Assembly (NCBI GenBank): GCA_963664705.1
Contig: OY761556.1
Span: 5,856,001-5,920,000, forward strand
Direction: 5' to 3'
Origin: Acidobacteriota bacterium
GTDB lineage: Bacteria; Acidobacteriota; UBA6911
Length of the DNA: 64,000 bases
Shown here: one piece after another, positions 57,221 through 64,000 of the stretch
How positions within the stretch are numbered: position 1 is the first letter of the stretch
How the letters are laid out: each line of letters begins with the position of its first letter
The notes under the pieces: model-generated
Database searches by the model: none
The model's input: the letters and a program-made list of their open reading frames with translations, nothing else
What the model was told of the DNA's origin: nothing
Translations under genes and position numbers: made by a program

Positions 57221-58441
57221 TCAGTGAGTCTCGAGCCAATGCCTGGCTACAACAAGAGCGGCATCGCCACACGCTTTGCCGCCGGCAGGATCGCCTTCAT
57301 TCGAGGCAGTGAGGATGGCGAAATTCTTTTCCGGCGCGATTCCTATGGTGGCGTACCATGAGCCTTCAGATCCAGCGTGCTCCAGTACCGTGCCGGCCCA
57401 ATCGTATCGATTCACTCCCCATCCGGAGGCCATCTGCAATTCAGTGGAGAAAGAATGCAGGTGCTGGAATGCCTCACATCGGAGAATTCTGCAATGACCG
57501 CGTGCCGCATCGAGGTGCAGAACTGCAAATCTCGCCCAATCCTCCAGTGACAAGCTGACGTTGCCTGCTGCTGCTGCCGCCAAAGGCACGTGCGTTTCCG
57601 AATCCGTTCTGAGACGGGCCAGGGGAAATCGGATCACTCGGTGTCCCCAGGGCTGATTTGGGTTTTGTCCGCTTCCCGGCGATCCAAACCCAGCGGATTT
57701 CATCTGAAGGGGATCAAAAATGCACTGGCGCATCCTATCCTCCCAGGAGTGGCCTGTGACGCGTTCCACTACGGCGCCAAGGATGCTGTAACCCATGTTC
57801 GAATAGACTGTACTGGAGCCTGGCGCTGCGGCGGGGGGCAGTTGCAGGCCAATGGATACGAGTTCCATGCGCTGTTGACGAAGTGTCCCATTCAAATGGA
57901 GCAGCCGGTCGTATAGGCGGATATCCTCGCGGTCATCGGGTAACCCCGATCGATGATGAAGCAGTTGATCGATAGTCACGCTGCAATATTCGGGCCTCAT
58001 CTTTCCGGAGAGTTCCGGGAAAATATCGGAAAGCTTTGCTTCCCAATTCAGCAGACCTCGGTCCACAAGGATGCCGATCAATGTGGCTGTCATTGATTTT
58101 GTGCAGGAGCCGATGTGAAACCGGTCGGAAAGCTCGATAGGATCCGACCTGCCTGCGACCCTTACTCCAACGGCTCCCATTGCCACAATCCGATCGCCTC
58201 GGATAACAGCGCATGCGAGTGCGGGGACATGATATTTGGCTCGCACTATACTCAGTTCAGAATCAAGCGAGCTGACACCTGGCGGGAAAGGATGAGCCTT
58301 TGTTCTCCTGGTTGCGGCATAAGCTGGATCAAAGTCGAGGCTCAGCGTTCCTGCCAGCCTGTACCAGATTATCGTTCCTGCAATAAGCGAGAGCCCCAGA
58401 CATGAAAGGAGTACCCATCGTATGGGATGGCGGAGGGTCAT
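57221..58441 (-). CDS. Serine hydrolase (beta-lactamase family)
   Basis: IGSCTKS, LLHHRSGL, YSNMGY, HAGS. Confidence 0.9.
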   Translation of the reverse strand: MTLRHPIRWVLLSCLGLSLIAGTIIWYRLAGTLSLDFDPAYAATRRTKAHPFPPGVSSLDSELSIVRAKYHVPALACAVIRGDRIVAMGAVGVRVAGRSDPIELSDRFHIGSCTKSMTATLIGILVDRGLLNWEAKLSDIFPELSGKMRPEYCSVTIDQLLHHRSGLPDDREDIRLYDRLLHLNGTLRQQRMELVSIGLQLPPAAAPGSSTVYSNMGYSILGAVVERVTGHSWEDRMRQCIFDPLQMKSAGFGSPGSGQNPNQPWGHRVIRFPLARLRTDSETHVPLAAAAAGNVSLSLEDWARFAVLHLDAARGHCRILRCEAFQHLHSFSTELQMASGWGVNRYDWAGTVLEHAGSEGSWYATIGIAPEKNFAILTASNEGDPAGGKACGDAALVVARHWLETH

Positions 58442-58673
58442 TGGCGCCTCATGGGAAATCGAAAAATGCAATCCGGTATACGATTATAGCTCGGTTCAGG
58501 CGATTATCTGTGGCCTTGTAGTCCTAGGAAAGCCTCTGCCATTGGAATTAATATTTTTGCCGCGGAAGCGCGGAGGATTTACTTCCAGGATCAGACCCCG
58601 TGATAGGCGAGCGTGTCCCCTCAAGCCAAAAGAAGCGTTGTCTATCTGGAATCTTCGGGTGTAAAAACAGCGT

Positions 58674-59300
58674 ATGCGATTCGATCACCTGGTACTCGCA
58701 TTGCTGTGGAGCACATACTGTTTTGTTCACAGTGCCCTGATTTCTGTGAGGGTGACGGAATTATTCAGACGCGCACTCGGAAAGGGCTATGCTTATTACC
58801 GGTTGGTCTTCAACGCCTTCTCTCTGGTTACCTTCGCACCTCTGCTCTTGTATTCCCGTTCGCCCCGTTTCCAGCACCCGACAATATTTGAATGGTCCGG
58901 AGGCTGGCAATTCCTCCGATACTCAATGATTCTCCTGTCGGCTGCGCTCATAGTCAGCGGATCCCGGCATTACAGCTTCAGTCAATTTCTGGGTTTTCGA
59001 CAGATCCGATCCGGTTCAAGCCAGGGAGGGATTACCGAAACCGGCAATATTGATACGACTGGAGTGTTGGGCATTACCAGGCATCCGTGGTATGTGGCGG
59101 TGTTCCTTTTGCTCTGGGTCAATAATCTGAGCGCTGCGACGATAGTGGTTAATGTTGTTCTTTCCTCCTATCTCGTGATTGGAACGCTGCTTGAAGAGCG
59201 CAAACTTGTGCTGGAATTCGGCGACAGGTACCGCGTTTACCAAAAGAATGTGTCGATGTTTATCCCGACGAAGTGGCTTAAAGCCAAAATGCAAAACTGA
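58674..59300 (+). CDS. ICMT/NnrU/methanethiol S-methyltransferase-like membrane protein
   Basis: FVHSAL, YYRLVFN, TRHPWY, LEERKLVLEFGDRYRVYQKNVSMFIP. Confidence 0.8.
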   Translation: MRFDHLVLALLWSTYCFVHSALISVRVTELFRRALGKGYAYYRLVFNAFSLVTFAPLLLYSRSPRFQHPTIFEWSGGWQFLRYSMILLSAALIVSGSRHYSFSQFLGFRQIRSGSSQGGITETGNIDTTGVLGITRHPWYVAVFLLLWVNNLSAATIVVNVVLSSYLVIGTLLEERKLVLEFGDRYRVYQKNVSMFIPTKWLKAKMQN

Positions 59301-59562
59301 ATTGCGGATCGGAAATAATTTCAAAGCTGATTTTTCCGGCTGTGCTGTTCATACGCGACACAGCGCCACTCTTGAGAGCATCAAATGTCTTCCAGCCATC
59401 GATTGTGGGGGATTTCAAATCATCAAACCCGTTGAATTCATGGCTTCATCAGAATTCCGGCGACAGACACCGCTCAACGCCAAAAAATTTGGACTGATAA
59501 TTATACTTGATGATATACACTGTAGCGTATATAGTATGTGACATACAGTATGAGGCTATCGC

Positions 59563-59892
59563 ATGACCGTTACGGAAAACCTCTTTGAGAATCTGAGACT
59601 CGAGCTCCGCCGCGGCTGTCTGGCATTGGCGGTTTTGGCCCAACTCCGCCGGGAGCATTACGGATACACCCTCCGCAAAGCCTTGGTAGACCATGGCCTG
59701 GAGATTGAGGAAAGCACGCTCTATCCACTTCTGCGACGACTGGAATCTCAGGGTCTGCTGGTCAGCGAATGGCGCGAGGAGGACAAGCGCAGGAAGCGCT
59801 TCTACAAGCTCTCCAAAGAGGGCTCGGGTATTCTCGCCCGGCTTCTGCAGGAATGGCAGACGATCAACGCCTCAATAGACAACATTTTATAA
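59563..59892 (+). CDS. PadR-family regulator
   Basis: ELRRGCL, YGYTL, TLYPLLRRLESQGLL. Confidence 0.92.
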   Translation: MTVTENLFENLRLELRRGCLALAVLAQLRREHYGYTLRKALVDHGLEIEESTLYPLLRRLESQGLLVSEWREEDKRRKRFYKLSKEGSGILARLLQEWQTINASIDNIL

Positions 59893-59905
59893 GAAGGAAA
59901 ACGTC

Positions 59906-60925
59906 ATGGAATTGCTCGACCGCTATCTTGAAGCAGTGCGCAAAAACCTGCCCTGGAAGCGGCAGGACGACCTTCTGGCCGAGTTGCGCGCCAACCTCGA
60001 AGCCCAACTGGAAGACAAGGAGTCTGCGCTTGGCCGCCCGTTGACCAAGGAGGAAGCCGAGGATTGGTTGAAGCAGTTGGGCTCACCCACGCAGATGGCA
60101 TCTCGGTACCAGCCGCAGCAGTATCTAATCGGCCCATTGCTCTTTCCAATCTATCGGCTGGTGATGAGAATCGCGCTCCCCTGGTTTACCCTGCTTTACG
60201 TGGTGGTTGGATTGATTCAGTCGGTAGGAAGCGAGAATCCCGGCAGTGCGTTGCTGGGAGCCGCAGCCCGCTTGCCCTGGCAGTTGTTGGGCGCTGCTGC
60301 TTGGATCACATTTGGTTTTGCCGTCGCTGAGTTTCTGGCTGTGCACAACCCTGGCAAGCTGTCGCCGAAGCCGCGGGAATGGTCGCCAAGTTCGCTCCCG
60401 CCGCTCGAGGAGAAACCTTCGGGACCGAAACCGCGCACGCGCGCGCAGGCCATTGCCGGACTGGTTTTCAGTATTGTCGGTGCTGCCTTCTGGCTGCTGG
60501 TGCCGATCTATCCCTCCCTCCTGCTCGGGCCCGGCGCCGCTTATCTGAAACAGATTCCGTTCGAGTTCGCTCCTGTTTGCGTGACGTTCTACTGGTGGGT
60601 AGTGGCGATCAGTATTCTTCAGAGCGCATGGCGTGCGGTCGAGTTGGTGTTCGGATTGTGGCCGCGCACCGTCGGCATCAACCGAGTGGCATTTGCGGTC
60701 CTGGCACTGATCCCGCAGTCCATCATGCTGTTTGCGCCGGGTCACGTGTACTTCACCCTGAGCCTTACGGCGAACGGCGCGCGGTCCACCGACTCCTTGA
60801 GTTCTTTAAACCATGGAATCCATATGTTCTTTTCCGTGATTGTCGCTATCACCGTGCTGCAACTCCTGCGCTTCGGATGGCAATTGGCGATGAACGCGTG
60901 GAAGCGGAGCATGACACAGGCATAG
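59906..60925 (+). CDS. Membrane protein (PadR partner, HAAS-like N-terminus)
   Basis: MELLDRYLEAV, LGSP..MASRY..YLIGP; multi-TM. Confidence 0.8.
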   Translation: MELLDRYLEAVRKNLPWKRQDDLLAELRANLEAQLEDKESALGRPLTKEEAEDWLKQLGSPTQMASRYQPQQYLIGPLLFPIYRLVMRIALPWFTLLYVVVGLIQSVGSENPGSALLGAAARLPWQLLGAAAWITFGFAVAEFLAVHNPGKLSPKPREWSPSSLPPLEEKPSGPKPRTRAQAIAGLVFSIVGAAFWLLVPIYPSLLLGPGAAYLKQIPFEFAPVCVTFYWWVVAISILQSAWRAVELVFGLWPRTVGINRVAFAVLALIPQSIMLFAPGHVYFTLSLTANGARSTDSLSSLNHGIHMFFSVIVAITVLQLLRFGWQLAMNAWKRSMTQA

Positions 60926-61040
60926 AGAAAGGCCAGCGATACAGCAGTACCGGGAGCGATAGGGACCTTCCGCCAGACCCATGAGATTACCATTCGGGAA
61001 TTGGACTTAAGGCTGGGCGTAGAACTCTTGAGGCGCCACG

Positions 61041-61652
61041 CTATTCCAGTTCGTCTCGACGGAAATTCTCGCGCTTGGCGGTGGTCGCAACGAAATGCGT
61101 CCTATATCCTAATTGCAGGTCGAAACTGTGAACCGTTTTAGTGACCGAGTAAGGTCTTTCGTATGTCTGGCCTGCTCCGCGGATCCATACTGTCGAACCC
61201 TTTCGAAGCTCAGGATTCCCTTCAATCGTTCCACTGCAATCGATGGAAACCTTTCCGGACAGGATCGCCGGCCGGAACTCCAGAAGTTCTCTGCCGAATG
61301 TTGCCGTAAGCGTCGTGTCCGTTTTGTATGGCAGTCCGTTGGCTTCGATTTGGATAGTCGATGGTTTGTCGGATGTAAAATTCGGGGCGATGGCGCTTAT
61401 CTTGCCTTCAAAGATCCTTTTGGGATTGTCGGCACCGAAATCGAAATGGAGTTCAAGCCGTTTTCCAAGTCGGATCAAGTTCCCTTCGCTGTAGGGATAC
61501 TCCAGGCCGTTTCCCCCTGATTTCAGGTTATTCAGCGTGATCCTCAACCTGTCGATTCCATCATCGTAGCTTGCCGAAATAAGGTTCCTGGAAAGCTCTG
61601 CGTTGATCTGTCCATCTAATGCCAGCATGGGGCGGGAAGCTATATAGGGCAT
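61041..61652 (-). CDS. Shortened phage late-control D / contractile-injection-system hub-like protein
   Basis: LRITLNN, LGKRLEL..IFEGKISAI, FGRELLEFRP, GTIEGNPELRKG..IRGAG..YSVTKTVHSFD..GYRTHF. Confidence 0.65.
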   Translation of the reverse strand: MPYIASRPMLALDGQINAELSRNLISASYDDGIDRLRITLNNLKSGGNGLEYPYSEGNLIRLGKRLELHFDFGADNPKRIFEGKISAIAPNFTSDKPSTIQIEANGLPYKTDTTLTATFGRELLEFRPAILSGKVSIDCSGTIEGNPELRKGSTVWIRGAGQTYERPYSVTKTVHSFDLQLGYRTHFVATTAKRENFRRDELE

Positions 61653-62066
61653 CTATTCTCCTTCTGTTTACAAACCTATCATATTGTTGCGTCAATTTGA
61701 GCTCACATTACGAAGAGGCCCGGATTTCTGGTCCAAAGCATTTAAGCCAAAAAATAGAGCCTTAGCCAAAGGAAGTTGCCTCCAGGAGCGAATTTGCGCA
61801 ACTCCGATATGAAGAGATTGAACGCTTTTTGTGGAGGGCGCAGCGCAAACCCTACGCTCGTCAATGGCGCTCGATCCTGTTGACCGCAAAGGGAAATTGT
61901 TTAATGATCGGACCTCAGGAAAAGGGGAAAAATGCCCGTAACGCATGTTTGGGAGCGTTTTTCGTCGGTTGGCTTTCTATGCTTTTGTGGACCTCCCATT
62001 TTACGTCCAAGCCACCAGAGACTAGCTCAGGAATTTGGTTAGGGTGAACTATGCCAGGGAGAAGTT

Positions 62067-64000
62067 ATGAGTCCTGAAAAAGGTGTCCGGCCCGACTGGC
62101 TGATCGGCGGCGGAGAGACCGGAGAGTGGATCCGTTCCATGGATTGGGCCTCCACATCGTTGGGTCCGCGTGCCGCCTGGCCTCAGTACCTGCGAACCGT
62201 GGTTAACCTGGTTCTGTCCTGCCGCTATCCGATGGCCATCCTATGGGGAGGCGAACGGACTCTTATATACAACAATGCTTACCGCTTCATCGTTGCGGAC
62301 CACCATCCGGGAGCGCTGGGGATGTCAATCCGCGAGGTGCGATCGGGAATCTGGGATGATGTCGAACCGGTTCTCGAGCGGGTGATGACGCAAGGGGAAA
62401 CGGTTCATTTGGAAAACCAGCCGTTCCGCATCACACGCAGCAGTCATGTGGATGATGCATACTTTGACGTGTCCTATAGCCCCATTTACAACGAGGAAGG
62501 CCAGACTGGCGGTACCTTGCTGGTGCTTATCGAGACTACCGAGCGCGTAGTGTTGGAGCAGCGGCTAAAGCAGGTGAACGAAGCCCTTGAGGCGCAGATA
62601 GCAGAGCAGAATCAGGTGAAGGATTCGTTGCGGAAGAGCGAGATTCAACGAAGAGAATCCCAGCAGATTGTCGAGGGGATTCTCAATGCAATGCCGGTGA
62701 GGGTGTTTTGGAAGAATAGGGACCTCGCGTATCGCGGCTGCAATGCGGCATTTGCCCGGGATGCCGGATTTGCCGATGCGAAGGACATCATTGGGAAAGA
62801 CGATTATCAGATGGGCTGGCGCGACCAGGCGGAATTATATCGTAGCGATGATCGTCAAGTCATCGAGAGCGGCTGCGACAAGATTCTCATCGAGGAACCG
62901 CAGACAACACCCGAAGGGAACACCATTACTCTCCTTACGAGCAAGATACCTCTCCGCAATTCTATTGGAGAGATTACCGGAATACTCGGAACGTATTTGG
63001 ATATTACTGAGAGAAAACGGGCCGAAGAGGCGCTGCGTGAAAGCGAGGAAATATTTCGTCTGACATTTGATGCCAGCCCCGATGCAGTGAACATCAATCG
63101 CATGGAGGATGGCCTTTATGTAGACATCAATGAGGGCTTTACCCGGGTTACCGGCTTTACCCGTGAGGATGTGATTGGGAAAGCCTCATTGGACCTGAAT
63201 ATATGGCATGATTCCGCGGATCGGCAAAAGCTTGTGAGCCGTTTGCAGGAAATGGGCAGTTATGAAAACCTCGAGGCCGTATTTCGAAGGAAAGATGGCA
63301 GTCTGCTGACGGGCTTGATGTCAGCCAGAGTGATCTGGTTGAGAGGAGCGGCGCATATAATCTCCATCACGCGCGATATCAGCGACCGCAAGCGAGTCGA
63401 CGAAGAAAGGGCCAAACTCGAAGCCCAGCTATATCAAGCCCAGCGGTTGGAATCGGTGGGGCGACTGGCGGGCGGCGTAGCGCATGATTTCAATAATATG
63501 CTGGGTGTGATACTTGGCCATGCGGAGATGGCTCTCGAGCAGGTTGACTCTATGCAACCGCTCTATGAGGACCTGACGGAAATCCAGAAAGCAGCCAAAC
63601 ACTCCTCCGATCTTACCCGCCAGCTGCTGGCTTTTGCCCGCAAGCAGACCATCGTACCCAAAGTCGTGGATCTGAACGAGGCTATAGGGGGCATGCTCAA
63701 GATGCTCGAGCGGCTCATCGGCGAGGATATTCTTCTCCATTGGCAGCCGACTGACAATCTATGGCCGGTCAGGGTGGACCCGTCTCAGATCGACCAGATC
63801 CTTGCCAACCTGTGCGTCAATGCGCGGGATGCCATTGCCGGAGTCGGCAAGATTACTCTCCAAACGGGGCATAGCACCTTCGATGAAGCGTACTGCGCCG
63901 CTCACGACGGTTTTATGCCCGGAGAATATGTGCGCTTTGCGGTGAGCGACGACGGTCGCGGCATGGATAGAGAAACCTTGGGCCATATCTTTGAGCCCTT
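62067..64000 (+). CDS. Multi-PAS sensor histidine kinase (runs off window; absent from the ORF track)
   Basis: DWASTSLGP..WP N-domain, three PAS, H-box LAGGVAHDFNNML, N-box QILANLCVNARDA, G1 VSDDGRGM. Confidence 0.93.
   Translation, partial: MSPEKGVRPDWLIGGGETGEWIRSMDWASTSLGPRAAWPQYLRTVVNLVLSCRYPMAILWGGERTLIYNNAYRFIVADHHPGALGMSIREVRSGIWDDVEPVLERVMTQGETVHLENQPFRITRSSHVDDAYFDVSYSPIYNEEGQTGGTLLVLIETTERVVLEQRLKQVNEALEAQIAEQNQVKDSLRKSEIQRRESQQIVEGILNAMPVRVFWKNRDLAYRGCNAAFARDAGFADAKDIIGKDDYQMGWRDQAELYRSDDRQVIESGCDKILIEEPQTTPEGNTITLLTSKIPLRNSIGEITGILGTYLDITERKRAEEALRESEEIFRLTFDASPDAVNINRMEDGLYVDINEGFTRVTGFTREDVIGKASLDLNIWHDSADRQKLVSRLQEMGSYENLEAVFRRKDGSLLTGLMSARVIWLRGAAHIISITRDISDRKRVDEERAKLEAQLYQAQRLESVGRLAGGVAHDFNNMLGVILGHAEMALEQVDSMQPLYEDLTEIQKAAKHSSDLTRQLLAFARKQTIVPKVVDLNEAIGGMLKMLERLIGEDILLHWQPTDNLWPVRVDPSQIDQILANLCVNARDAIAGVGKITLQTGHSTFDEAYCAAHDGFMPGEYVRFAVSDDGRGMDRETLGHIFEP

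Noticed and set aside
529-63986. Many antisense or alternate-frame ORFs in the track (e.g. 529..1254, 9850..10647, 16231..16836, 36240..36824, 63429..63740)
   Set aside because: They are shadows of well-supported genes on the other strand or frame.

Overview
Bacterial chromosomal window, most likely from an anaerobic Acidobacteriota-like organism. This is an inference from TIGR03435-family genes, PadR/ECF modules, TonB-dependent receptors and Fe-S genes. The flanks hold fairly ordinary modules: an ABC efflux operon, btuB-cobQ under two tandem cobalamin riboswitches, TetR-amidohydrolase, nikR with a TonB-dependent receptor, a radical SAM enzyme and a PAS histidine kinase. From about 11.8 to 44.7 kb the window is a mosaic of unrelated 1-3-gene units, toxin-antitoxin pairs, pseudogenes and an IS3-family element (second identical-looking copy at 51.6 kb). 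The units are separated by about 20 degenerate copies of one intergenic repeat, almost all on the + strand. Its hand-built consensus is GCAGAATGCAGYAYTGAWRGCGGCAATT-RACAT-TTTGGCG-YWATCTCC-CMGAWTCGGACTTCRGGACAATTGCATTCGGAYTTCGGGGA. The repeat is an imperfect palindrome centred on an asymmetric TTGGCG spacer, and an IS end and genes are cut off at copies of it. I interpret it as a non-integron gene-cassette array with a novel att-like site, whose recombinase is not in this window. No rRNA, tRNA or CRISPR was seen. All family calls come from motif recognition by eye, not from database searches.
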